Made by a program: the position numbers and the translations under genes
Part shown: positions 21,203-30,250 of the stretch, piece after piece
Numbering within the stretch: position 1 is the first letter of the stretch
Layout of the letters: each line of letters starts with the position of its first letter
Assembly: GCF_900105015.1 (NCBI RefSeq)
Contig: NZ_FNLK01000012.1
Span: 60,001-92,000, forward strand
Direction: 5' to 3'
Length of the DNA stretch: 32,000 nucleotides
DNA from: Schaalia meyeri
GTDB lineage: Bacteria; Actinomycetota; Actinomycetes; Actinomycetales; Actinomycetaceae
Notes under the pieces: generated by a model
The model's input: only the letters and a program-made list of their open reading frames with translations
Told to the model about the DNA's origin: nothing
Databases searched by the model: none

Positions 21203-21916
21203 TCAGTGGATCAAGCCGATGGCGATGGCGGCGGGCGGAGCCAGGAACATCACGAAGATGACCAGGCCGACCAGGCCCGAGAGGATAACCAGGGGCTGGC
21301 GGGTCGCGGGGCGCACCCAGCCGAGCGACTGGAACATGGACCAGAAGCCGTGGGAGACGTGGATGCAGGCGCAACCGACGAACACGGCGTAGAGGATCAC
21401 GAGGACCGGGGACTGGAAGGCGGCGATCATGCGAGCGTAGGGCTCGGTCACGTCGGGGCCGAAGTTAGCGACGCGCGCGGGCAGGTTCGCGGTCGTAAAG
21501 TGCGCGATGTGGAAGACGATGCCCAGGATCAAAATGATGCCGGAGGTGCGCATCGTGCGGGCCGCGTAGGAATCCGTGACGGACTTCTTGACGACGTAGC
21601 GGGTGCGGCGGGCGCGGCGCGAGCGCTTCCACGTGTAAGCGGCGGCGTAGAGGTGAAGGACCAGCATGAGCGCCATCGCGGCCCTGAAAACCCAGATGAA
21701 GCCGCCGTGCGGGAAGATTGGAACAAAAGCCTCGCTGTGCAACCAGTGCGCGTAGTCGTTATAGACCTGCTCGCCCAGGAACATCTTGAGGTTGCCGTAC
21801 GAATGGAACAGCAAGAAGAAAACGAATACGAAGCCCGACACCGCCATCAGCTGCTTGATAAAAACGCTGGTGGTCCACGCGCGGCGCTTCTTCGTTGCGA
21901 CATTTTGAGTGGCCAT
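21203..21916 (-). CDS. sdhC: Succinate dehydrogenase cytochrome b (b558-type) membrane anchor
   Basis: Starts at [42 protein letters not shown] (ATG at 21914-21916). It has five hydrophobic helices with conserved His residues and sits first in a C-A-B operon, as in single-anchor (type B) enzymes. Confidence 0.8.
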   Translation of the reverse strand: MATQNVATKKRRAWTTSVFIKQLMAVSGFVFVFFLLFHSYGNLKMFLGEQVYNDYAHWLHSEAFVPIFPHGGFIWVFRAAMALMLVLHLYAAAYTWKRSRRARRTRYVVKKSVTDSYAARTMRTSGIILILGIVFHIAHFTTANLPARVANFGPDVTEPYARMIAAFQSPVLVILYAVFVGCACIHVSHGFWSMFQSLGWVRPATRQPLVILSGLVGLVIFVMFLAPPAAIAIGLIH

Positions 21917-22144
21917 GGTCCGAGCATATCGGTGCATCTCCCGCCATTCGTAGGACCATGGCGCAGCCCCGTGGAGCGGCGGTGGCAACGCGCCGTAACT
22001 TTCCGCTATTTTCCGCGGTTCTCGCGGGCGTGTTTGCCCGCGATTGCGGGGAATACTACCGGGATCATCGCCCTCGTTAAAGGGCCTGAGAAAGCCGATT
22101 TTTGATACACCGACGATTCCTATTTGGTGTTCGTCGCCGCTCCT

Positions 22145-22594
22145 TCAGGTCAGGGGCGCCCTCATTTCGATGGCCTCTTCGACGGGGTTGCGGAAGTATC
22201 GGGGTCTGCGCCCGATCTCGACGAATCCTCGCGACTCATACAGCGCGATGGCCGCGCGGTTAGATGGGCGCACGTCCAGGAACATTTCGACGGCGCCCGC
22301 GTCGGCGGCACGCCCCATGAGCGTATCCAAAAGCGCGGCGCCCACGCCACGGCCTCGAGAATCCGGATGAACCCCGATCGTCATGACATCTGCTTGGTCT
22401 GCGCCGACCCTGACGCCCGCGTAGCCGAGAGGCGTTCCATCCTCGCCCACGGCAACCCAGTAGCGCGAGACCGGCGAGGAAAGTTCCTGGGAAATCATAA
22501 GGGGGCTCCACGGGTCCTCCGGGAAGGTCACGGCCTCGAGGCTGATGATCGCCTCCAGGTCGGACGGTTCCGCGATGCGCAGGTTGGTGCTCAT
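22145..22594 (-). CDS. rimI: Ribosomal-protein-alanine N-acetyltransferase RimI (GNAT)
   Basis: 149 aa. The GNAT acetyl-CoA motif is IGVHPDSRGRGVGAALL. Its start overlaps the tsaB stop (ATGA), and it is in the conserved position after tsaB. Confidence 0.85.
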   Translation of the reverse strand: MSTNLRIAEPSDLEAIISLEAVTFPEDPWSPLMISQELSSPVSRYWVAVGEDGTPLGYAGVRVGADQADVMTIGVHPDSRGRGVGAALLDTLMGRAADAGAVEMFLDVRPSNRAAIALYESRGFVEIGRRPRYFRNPVEEAIEMRAPLT

Positions 22595-23286
22595 AGGCGC
22601 TTCGTGGGCTGTCCCTGGATGTCGGGGCGACGCAGGTAGAGGGGCTCCGCAACCAGGCCCTCCTCGTCCCCCGACGCCAGCCTGGTCGCCACGATGCGGC
22701 TCATGACGGCCGGGTCGAGGCTCACCTGGGGACCGAGGTCCGCGCGCGCCAGCGCGTCGGCACTGTGCGCGGGGAGCTGCGCCCCCGCGACGACGAGGCC
22801 GGGGGCGGCGCGCATGGCGGCCAGGAGGGCGCTCACGTTCCCCACCTCGAGACGCCCTTCGAGGGTTACGTCGTCGGGGCCGGCGGCCACGTACGAACCC
22901 CAGTAGAGTTCGCGGCGACGCGCGTCGGCGATCGCGTAGATGCGCACGTCGGGCGGCAGCAGATCCAGGCCCTGGCGGGCGATGACGTCGAGGGCGGACA
23001 CGCCGTACGCGGGCACGGCGGCGACTAAGGCCAGGGCGCGGGCCGAGACCAGCCCGGCGCGCAGGCCCGTGAAGGGAGCGGGGCCGGTGCCGACCAGGAT
23101 CCGGTCGATGCCGGCGTCCTTCAGCACGGTGGGCAGCCCGGCTTCCGTGAGCGCCTCGCGCACGAGCGGGATGATCGATTCAGCGTGGTGGCGCCCCGAG
23201 TCGTTGCGGGCGCGGGCGGTGACGCGACCGTCGTCCAGGACGGCGACGGTGGTGGATGCTTGGGTATCCAGGGCTATCTCTCGCAC
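22591..23286 (-). CDS. tsaB: tRNA threonylcarbamoyladenosine biosynthesis protein TsaB
   Basis: 231 aa with an inactive Kae1-like fold: MREIALDTQASTTVAVL...HAESIIPLV...ILVGTGPAPFTGLRAGL. GTG start. Confidence 0.85.
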   Translation of the reverse strand: MREIALDTQASTTVAVLDDGRVTARARNDSGRHHAESIIPLVREALTEAGLPTVLKDAGIDRILVGTGPAPFTGLRAGLVSARALALVAAVPAYGVSALDVIARQGLDLLPPDVRIYAIADARRRELYWGSYVAAGPDDVTLEGRLEVGNVSALLAAMRAAPGLVVAGAQLPAHSADALARADLGPQVSLDPAVMSRIVATRLASGDEEGLVAEPLYLRRPDIQGQPTKRL

Positions 23287-23295
23287 GGTGCGATC

Positions 23296-23925
23296 CTACT
23301 CGCCGGGACCCACATCGTCGCTGTCAGCCAGGCGGGCGGGCTGCGGGTCGGCGGGGCTGGCCTCGGGACGGTCGATGCGCCTGCCCCCATGGGCCGCGAC
23401 GATCCCGTCCAGCACGCCGTCCCAGCGCCTCCCGTGTGCGTGCAGGACGATGCTGCGCGTCCCATCATCCATGTGTTCCAGGTCGATGACCTGCCCCTCC
23501 CGGGTAACGTCGCCGCCCTGGCTGCGCCGCACGTCGATGGTGAGGCGCTGGGGGCTCATGGCTTCCGTTTTGCCTTCGCCCCATTCGACGACCACGACGC
23601 ACTGGTCCAGGCAGGAGTCGAGATCCAGGGTCTCCAGGTCGTCCAGATCCGTGATGCGGTAGGCGTCGGCGTGGATCAGGTCGGGGCCCGCGCCGAGCGA
23701 GGGGTGGACTCGGGCGACGATGAATGTCGGTGAGGCGACGCGGCCGCGCACTCCCATGCCCGCGCCGATGCCCTGCGTGAGGGTCGTCTTTCCCGCGCCG
23801 AGGCCGCCCGAGAGCATGACGAGGTCGCCGGCGCGCAGGACGCGCCCGAGGTCTTCGCCGAGCGCGCGCGTCCGGTCGGCGCCGGTCGTGCGAACCTCGA
23901 ACGAGGCGGCTGGTCGATCGGTCAT
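23296..23925 (-). CDS. tsaE: tRNA threonylcarbamoyladenosine biosynthesis ATPase TsaE (with extended C-terminal tail)
   Basis: The start MTDRPAASFEV (ATG at 23923-23925) overlaps the alr stop (ATGA). Walker A is LSGGLGAGKTTL, followed by SPTFI and HADAYR. It is 209 aa, against about 150-170 typical. Confidence 0.85.
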   Translation of the reverse strand: MTDRPAASFEVRTTGADRTRALGEDLGRVLRAGDLVMLSGGLGAGKTTLTQGIGAGMGVRGRVASPTFIVARVHPSLGAGPDLIHADAYRITDLDDLETLDLDSCLDQCVVVVEWGEGKTEAMSPQRLTIDVRRSQGGDVTREGQVIDLEHMDDGTRSIVLHAHGRRWDGVLDGIVAAHGGRRIDRPEASPADPQPARLADSDDVGPGE

Positions 23926-25196
23926 GCGCGTTCCTCCCGCCCGTTGCGTTGACGTGACCGGTCCCGATACTCGCGGGGAATGTGCGCACCCAGGCGGGTC
24001 ACGATCTCGTAGTTGATGGTGTCGGCTGCGCTCGCCCATTCGTCGGCGAGCGGTTCTCCGTCGTCCCCGTTTCCAAACAGTGTCGCGATGTCACCAACCG
24101 ATGCGGGCGCCACCCCGCTGCGCGACGCGGGCCACCCAGCGTTCCCCGGGGCGCTCCCGAGGTCGACCACGAACTGGTCCATGCACACGCGCCCGACGAT
24201 GGGGGCGCTGAGGGTGCCGGAAGCCGTGCGGACGAGGATGCGCGCCCGGTTGGAGGCCGCGCGCAGGATTCCGTCGCCGTAGCCCAGGGGGATCAGGCCG
24301 ATCCAGCGGCGCGTGGGCGCCACCCAAGTTCCCCCGTACGAGGCGGGGGTGCCTTCCTCGATCACCTTGACCAGGGTGAGGGGCGCGCGCAGGGCGAGGG
24401 CGGGGATCAGCCCCAGGTTGGCCGCGGTGGCAACCGCCGGGTCGGGGCTGAGCCCGTACATGCCGATGCCGACGCGGACCATGTCGTAGTGGGTTTCGGG
24501 GTGCCACAGGACGCCGGAGGTGGCGGCCAGGTGGCGAATGCGCGGGCGGACCCCGGCGTCGCGCAGGATCGCCAGGCCCTCCTCGAAGACGCGCACGTGG
24601 TTCGCGGTCGAGGCGTTTCCCGCTTCGCTGGGGTCGTCGGCGCGGGACAGGTGGCTCCAGGCTCCCACGATGTCCACGAGGCCTCGGTCGGCGGCCTCCC
24701 TCAATTCCGAGGCCAGGGCGGGTAAGTCCGCGAGGGTTGCACCCGCACGGGACATGCCCGTGTCGATCTTGACGTGCACGCGGGCTGGCCTCCCAACCGT
24801 GCGGGCGGCCGCACAGATGTCGGCCAGGCCCGACCTCCACGACACGGAGAGGTCGATGTCCGCCTTCATGGCCGCGGAAAAGTCGCAGGAGGAGGGGGTA
24901 ATCCACGCGAGGATCGGCGCATCGGCGCGGTCGATCCCGGCCCGGTCCAGGCCGTCCCGCAGGGCGAAGGCCTCCGCCAGCTGGGCGACGCCCAGCCAGT
25001 TAGCGCCCGCGGCCAGCGCGGCGCGGGCGACGGGAATGAGGCCGTGCCCGTAGGCGTTCGCTTTGACGGTGGCGAGCTGGAGCGCACCGGGGGCGGCGGC
25101 CCTCAGCACGCCCAGGTTGTGCCGGATGGCGGCCAAGTCAACGGTCGCGCACGACGGGTAGCCCCGCCCCTCGCCTCGTTCGTCCGTGGAAGTCAC
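23922..25196 (-). CDS. alr: Alanine racemase
   Basis: GTG at 25194-25196 is preceded by AGGGGAG. The PLP-Lys motif is ATVKANAYGHG, and the C-terminal region contains YGGTW...GYGDG and RVCMDQFVVDL. The track ORF extends to 25553 but that region has no homology-like sequence. Confidence 0.9.
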   Translation of the reverse strand: MTSTDERGEGRGYPSCATVDLAAIRHNLGVLRAAAPGALQLATVKANAYGHGLIPVARAALAAGANWLGVAQLAEAFALRDGLDRAGIDRADAPILAWITPSSCDFSAAMKADIDLSVSWRSGLADICAAARTVGRPARVHVKIDTGMSRAGATLADLPALASELREAADRGLVDIVGAWSHLSRADDPSEAGNASTANHVRVFEEGLAILRDAGVRPRIRHLAATSGVLWHPETHYDMVRVGIGMYGLSPDPAVATAANLGLIPALALRAPLTLVKVIEEGTPASYGGTWVAPTRRWIGLIPLGYGDGILRAASNRARILVRTASGTLSAPIVGRVCMDQFVVDLGSAPGNAGWPASRSGVAPASVGDIATLFGNGDDGEPLADEWASAADTINYEIVTRLGAHIPREYRDRSRQRNGREERA

Positions 25197-25228
25197 TCCC
25201 CTAGTATCGCACGCCGCTCCCGCGCCGC

Positions 25229-27016
25229 TTACCGGTCCGCCGACGGGCGGGTGAGCGCGCGGCCCGACAGGACGGCCGGGATCGCGTCGGCGATGTCGCG
25301 CGCCTGGATGGGGGCACGTCCCGCGTAGCGTTCGGCCGAGACCGCTGCCGCGCGGGCGTGGAGCCACACGGGCGCGCACAGGCGCGCGGGCGTGACCCGC
25401 TGGGGATTCCCACCCATTCCCCGCCGTGATTGTGCATCCGCGACCGGGCGGGCCAGGACGCCGGCAATGAGTCCGGCCAGCACGTCTCCGCTTCCGGCGA
25501 CGCCCGCCCACGAGGTGGTCGGCCCCGTCACCGCCGACTCGCACACGCGACAAAAGTCACCGGCGGCCGGCCTCTCGCCATCACCCCGGCCGTCACCGGG
25601 AGCCCGCCCAGGCGCTTCTTCCCTCGCCCTATCGACGTCCCTGAAGGAGTACACGATCGTGACGGGTCCCTTGAGGACGACGTGACAGCCCGTGGCCTCG
25701 TGGAGGGCACGGGCGTAGCGCAGCGGATGTGCGGCCACTTCCGTCCGGGTCATGGGGGCGCCGAGCAGGCCGAGCAGGCGCGCGGCCTCCCCGTAATGTG
25801 GGGTGAGCACCGTTTCTTCAGGCGTGATGGCGTTCGCCAGCTCTAGGAGGAGATCGAGCGCACCCGCGTCGATGACGAGCGGCATGCTCGCCTGTCCGCA
25901 AAAGCGCGCCAGTTCGAGCGCGTCCTCGCGGCGCTCCTCGTCCAGGCCGGGTCCGATGAGGGCCGCCTGGATGCGTCCCCCCACCGTGACGACGCCCGGC
26001 TGGTCGGCCAGCACCAGGTCCTGGACGCGCCTCGTGGAGTTGAGCCGGACCATGCCGACGCCCGCGGCCAACGCGCCGCGGGTCGCGAGCAGGCCGGCGC
26101 CGGGGTAGGTGTCCGATCCTGCGACGAGGCCGACCACGCCGCGCGCGTACTTGTCGTCGGCGAAACCGGGGATGGGGACGGCGCTCCCTGCCAACGCTTC
26201 CCCGTCGTAGCGGTACAGGTCGCCCGCGCCCACCGCCCCGCCTCGCTCGCTGGGATCGCCGCTCTCCCAGTCCATCGAAATGAGGCTCGTCTCGCCGCAG
26301 AACGCGGCGGCGGGAGGCAGGATCTGGGCGCGCTTGTACGCGCCCACCGCCAGCGTGTGCGTGGCCCGCACGATGGGCCCTTGCACCTGCCCCTCATCAT
26401 CGGTCAGCCCGGAGGGGACGTCGATTGCGACGATCGGGCGCATTCTCTCGCGGGACAGCTCGTTCAGGTGTTCCACCGAGTCCGCGACCTGGCCTGCAAG
26501 CGGACCCCTCGCGCCGATCCCTACGATGCCGTCGATCCACGCGGCCGCCCGGCGAATGCCGACCCACTCGCTCTCGCCTTCGATGGCGCGCAGCGAGCGC
26601 CCCCGCAGGTCCACGATGCGCACGCCCGCCTCCCGTGCGGCCGCGAGCGCGCGCTCATGGCACCTGCGTTTTAACAGGAAGGCTGTCGCGCCGATTCCCC
26701 GGCGTGCCAGGAGCGCGCACGCGTACAGGGCGTCCCCGCCGCCTTCGCCTCCGCCGACGAAGGCGGCCACTCCCCCCGGCACGTGCGAGAGTCTGTCGGC
26801 GTTACCGCCGTCATTCGCCTCGTCGGTTCCTAAGTGGATGCCAACGCCCATCCGGCGCCGTGCGAACGCCAGCGACCGCACCGCGTGGGCGACGCCCTGG
26901 GCGACCTGACGCATGTAGCGGTCGGGGTCGCCGTCCGCTTGCGCATCATCGACGTACTTCTTTTCCATGGCCCGCGCCTGCGCGAAGGACAGGGCGCGAC
27001 CGCCGAGCGTAAACAT
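25229..27016 (-). CDS. nnr: Bifunctional NAD(P)H-hydrate repair enzyme Nnr (epimerase plus ADP-dependent dehydratase)
   Basis: 595 aa. The N-terminal YjeF_N-like half contains FVGGGEGGGDALYACALLARRG, a variant of the GNNGGDG loop. The C-terminal carbohydrate-kinase half contains ARGVVGLVAGS...PGAG, LTPHYGEAARL and GSGDVLAG. Confidence 0.85.
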   Translation of the reverse strand: MFTLGGRALSFAQARAMEKKYVDDAQADGDPDRYMRQVAQGVAHAVRSLAFARRRMGVGIHLGTDEANDGGNADRLSHVPGGVAAFVGGGEGGGDALYACALLARRGIGATAFLLKRRCHERALAAAREAGVRIVDLRGRSLRAIEGESEWVGIRRAAAWIDGIVGIGARGPLAGQVADSVEHLNELSRERMRPIVAIDVPSGLTDDEGQVQGPIVRATHTLAVGAYKRAQILPPAAAFCGETSLISMDWESGDPSERGGAVGAGDLYRYDGEALAGSAVPIPGFADDKYARGVVGLVAGSDTYPGAGLLATRGALAAGVGMVRLNSTRRVQDLVLADQPGVVTVGGRIQAALIGPGLDEERREDALELARFCGQASMPLVIDAGALDLLLELANAITPEETVLTPHYGEAARLLGLLGAPMTRTEVAAHPLRYARALHEATGCHVVLKGPVTIVYSFRDVDRAREEAPGRAPGDGRGDGERPAAGDFCRVCESAVTGPTTSWAGVAGSGDVLAGLIAGVLARPVADAQSRRGMGGNPQRVTPARLCAPVWLHARAAAVSAERYAGRAPIQARDIADAIPAVLSGRALTRPSADR

Positions 27017-27097
27017 GCGCCAATTGTGACACGGACGCGCCCGCCCGGGTGCCCATCGTGCGCGGTGGGGTGGGGCGATGCGCCCTGCGGTCTGCTG

Positions 27098-29011
27098 TTA
27101 CTCGACCGTCACGGACTTCGCCAGGTTCCGGGGCTGGTCGACGTCCAGGCCCTTGACGGAGGCGAGCTCGCACGCGAAGATCTGCAGCGGCACGACGGTC
27201 AGGAGCGGCGCGTACAGGGTGGGCGCGACCGGGACGCGGAAGACGACCTCGGCGAACTCGTTGACGGAGGCATCCCCCTCCTCGGCAACGATGATCGTGC
27301 GCGCGCCGCGCGCGCGGACCTCGGCGATGTTGGCCAGGACCTTCCCGTGCAGCTCGGGGCGCCTGGGGGTCGGGACGATGACGATGACCGGCTGGCCCTC
27401 GTCGACCAGGGCGATGGGTCCGTGCTTGAGCTCTCCGGCAGCGAATCCCTCGGCGTGGATGTAGCAGATTTCCTTGAGCTTGAGCGCGCCTTCGAGGGCG
27501 ACGGGGAATCCGACGTGGCGGCCCAGGTAGATGACGGAGGTCACGTCCCCCATGGTGCGCGCGAGCCGCCTGACGCTTTCCCCGTCTTGGAGGACCCGTG
27601 AGATGGCGCCGGGGATGCGCGCGAGCTTGTCCATGTAGTCGGCGATCTCCTCGGCGTACTTGTTGCCGCGCACCTGCGCCAGGTACAGGCCCAGGATGTA
27701 GCAGGCGGCCACCTGGGCGGTGAAGGCCTTGGTCGAGGCGACGGCGATTTCGGGTCCGGCGTGCGTGAGGATCACGGCGTCGGACTCGCGCGAGATCGTC
27801 GAGCCGGGAGTGTTCACGATGGCGACCACCTTCGCCCCCTGTTCGCGGGCGTGGCGGATCGCCTGAATGGTGTCCATGGTTTCGCCGCTCTGTGAGATGG
27901 CGACGACCAGGGTCTTCTCTCCGATGACGGGGTCGCGGTAGCGGAACTCGCTGGACAGCTCGACCTCGACGGGGATACGGCACCAGTGCTCGATGGCGTA
28001 GCGGGCGACCTGCCCCGCGTAGGATGCCGTGCCGCACCCGATCATGATGACCTTGTCGACGGAGCGGAGCACGTGCTCGGGGATGCGCACCTCGTCCAGG
28101 GCGAGGTGGCCGTGAGAGTCGATGCGATCGGCCAGCGTGGCGCCCACCGCCTGGGGCTGCTCGTGGATCTCTTTGTCCATGAAGGTGGGCCACCCGTTCT
28201 TGGTGACGTGGTCGGAGGCGAAATCGACCTCGTATTCCTTGGGTTCCACGGGGGTTCCGTCGGGGTCGATAACGGTGACGTCGGTCGCGGAAACGACGAC
28301 GATCTGGTCCTGGTCGACCTCGACGGCGCACCTGGTGTACTCCACGAAGGCTATCGCGTCGGAGCCCAGGAAGTTTTCTCCGTCCCCCAGTCCGACGACC
28401 AGGGGCGAGGAGCGGCGCGCCGCGACGATGACGTTCGGAGACTGGTCGCTCAGTGCCAGGAGGGTGAAGGTGCCGTGGAGCTGGTCGGTGACCGCCCGCA
28501 TGGCGACGACCATTCGGCGGGCCACGTCCTCGTCGGTGCCGCTCAGACCGGCGATGGCGCCACGGTAGGCGGACGGGTCGGCCTGGGCGTAAGCGCGGGC
28601 GATCATGTGGGCGACTACCTCGGTATCCGTTTCGGAGGAGAAGCTCTCGCCGTCGGCGATCAGCTGGGCACGCAGGGCGTCCGCGTTTTCGATGATGCCG
28701 TTATGGACCAGCGCGATGCGCCCATCGGGGCTGGTGTGGGGGTGCGCGTTGGCCACCGTGGGACGCCCGTGGGTGGCCCAGCGGGTGTGCCCGATCCCCG
28801 CGTGCGCGACGGCGGGCACCTCGGCGTCCAGTTCCTCCGTCAGGTTAACGAGCTTGCCGACCGCTCGACGCACGTAGAGGCGATCGCCCATCGCCAGGGC
28901 AATACCCGCCGAGTCGTAGCCGCGATACTCCAGGCGCGCCAGCCCGCCCAGCACGACCTCTCGGCTGCGCTGGGAGGCCTTGCATGCAATATGTCCAACG
29001 ATTCCGCACAT
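27098..29011 (-). CDS. glmS: Glutamine-fructose-6-phosphate aminotransferase (isomerizing)
   Basis: Must start at MCGIVG (ATG at 29009-29011, Cys2 nucleophile). It has two SIS domains and the C-terminus LAKSVTVE. 637 aa. Confidence 0.95.
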   Translation of the reverse strand: MCGIVGHIACKASQRSREVVLGGLARLEYRGYDSAGIALAMGDRLYVRRAVGKLVNLTEELDAEVPAVAHAGIGHTRWATHGRPTVANAHPHTSPDGRIALVHNGIIENADALRAQLIADGESFSSETDTEVVAHMIARAYAQADPSAYRGAIAGLSGTDEDVARRMVVAMRAVTDQLHGTFTLLALSDQSPNVIVAARRSSPLVVGLGDGENFLGSDAIAFVEYTRCAVEVDQDQIVVVSATDVTVIDPDGTPVEPKEYEVDFASDHVTKNGWPTFMDKEIHEQPQAVGATLADRIDSHGHLALDEVRIPEHVLRSVDKVIMIGCGTASYAGQVARYAIEHWCRIPVEVELSSEFRYRDPVIGEKTLVVAISQSGETMDTIQAIRHAREQGAKVVAIVNTPGSTISRESDAVILTHAGPEIAVASTKAFTAQVAACYILGLYLAQVRGNKYAEEIADYMDKLARIPGAISRVLQDGESVRRLARTMGDVTSVIYLGRHVGFPVALEGALKLKEICYIHAEGFAAGELKHGPIALVDEGQPVIVIVPTPRRPELHGKVLANIAEVRARGARTIIVAEEGDASVNEFAEVVFRVPVAPTLYAPLLTVVPLQIFACELASVKGLDVDQPRNLAKSVTVE

Positions 29012-29116
29012 GCCCCCATTCCAGCACACCCGCCCCCACCCGGGCGTCCTACGTGTGTCGCCTCACGCTTCAAGCGCCCACAGCGAACACCTCTTGAATT
29101 GGGGCACAATAGGGAC

Positions 29117-30127
29117 GTGACCATCACCGAGCGCCCCTCGATAATCCCAGCCACGGCCTCGTCGGCTCAGTCCCACAGCGGCACCACGCGCACCAGTCCC
29201 AGCCCCTACACCCGCTTCGACCGAGCGGAGTGGGACCGCCTGGCCGACCGCACTGCCCTGCCGCTCACGCAGGAGGACATCAACCGGATCGCATCCCTGG
29301 GCGACCCCATCGACATGAGCGAGGTCGACGCCATCTACCGTCCCCTCAGCGCGCTCCTGCAGCTTTACATCGACGGGCGCAGACGCACCGCCGCCGAGCG
29401 TCACTCCTTCCTGGGCGAGCCAAAGGCCTGTTCCACGCCCTTCGTCATCGGCATCGCCGGATCGGTCGCGGTCGGCAAATCCACCGTCGCGCGCCTGCTC
29501 CAGCTGCTTTTGTCCCGCTGGGATTCCACGCCGCGCGTCGACCTGGTGACCACCGACGGGTTCCTTTTCCCCAACCGCGTCCTGCAGGAACGCTCCCTCA
29601 TCGCACGCAAGGGATTCCCCGAGTCCTACGACCGTCTGGCCCTCATCTGGTTCCTGGCTTCCGTCAAGGCGGGAGTCCCCCACGCCAAGGCCCCTGTCTA
29701 CTCGCACGTCACCTACGACGTCGTGCCGGGCGCCTACGTCGACGTGGATCGGCCCGACATCCTCATCGTCGAGGGCCTGAACGTCCTGCAGCCGCCGCGC
29801 TTAGCCCCCGGATCCGTCTCCGTCGCCGTCTCCGACTACTTTGATTTTTCCATCTACGTCGACGCCGACGAGAAGCACATCGAGCAGTGGTACGTCGACC
29901 GTTTCCTGAAGCTGCGCGCCACCGCATTTTCCCGCGAGGACTCCTACTTCAGGACTTACGCATCCCTGACCGACGCGGAGGCCGCATCGACCGCGCGCAT
30001 GGTGTGGAACGCGATCAACCTGCCGAACCTGCGCGATAACATTCGGCCCACCCGCGAGCGCGCGACCCTGGTCTTTACCAAGGGGGCCGACCACCGCGTC
30101 GAATCCCTGGCGATCCGCAAGGACTAG
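29117..30127 (+). CDS. coaA: Type I pantothenate kinase
   Basis: The P-loop is IGIAGSVAVGKST. FDRAEWDRL...LTQEDINRI...EVDAIYRPLSALL parallels the E. coli CoaA N-terminus, and ILIVEGLNVLQ is also present. GTG at 29117 is the first plausible in-frame start downstream of the glmS promoter region, so the start is uncertain. Confidence 0.85.
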   Translation: MTITERPSIIPATASSAQSHSGTTRTSPSPYTRFDRAEWDRLADRTALPLTQEDINRIASLGDPIDMSEVDAIYRPLSALLQLYIDGRRRTAAERHSFLGEPKACSTPFVIGIAGSVAVGKSTVARLLQLLLSRWDSTPRVDLVTTDGFLFPNRVLQERSLIARKGFPESYDRLALIWFLASVKAGVPHAKAPVYSHVTYDVVPGAYVDVDRPDILIVEGLNVLQPPRLAPGSVSVAVSDYFDFSIYVDADEKHIEQWYVDRFLKLRATAFSREDSYFRTYASLTDAEAASTARMVWNAINLPNLRDNIRPTRERATLVFTKGADHRVESLAIRKD

Positions 30128-30250
30128 GGCGCGATTTCGCCACGTGGCACCCCGCCTCTCGCTGCGCACGCCGGTGCCGCGTGCCGCCCCGATACGACGG
30201 GGCCGCAGCCGGAAAACCCAGCCACGGCCCCATCTCACGTCAGGAGTCGG

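Noticed and set aside
25430-25846. ORF beginning MCIRDR, the peptide known as the translation of the Nextera/Tn5 mosaic-end adapter (ATGTGTATAAGAGACAG), which would indicate adapter contamination.
   Set aside because: The DNA here is ttgtgcatccgcgaccgg, not the mosaic-end sequence. It lies inside, and antisense to, the well-supported nnr gene, so the match is a coincidence at the peptide level.
29012-29116. Possible glmS ribozyme upstream of glmS.
   Set aside because: Only 105 nt separate glmS from divergent coaA, too short for the ribozyme core plus promoters. I see no recognisable conserved core or pseudoknot sequences. The ribozyme is chiefly a Firmicutes feature.
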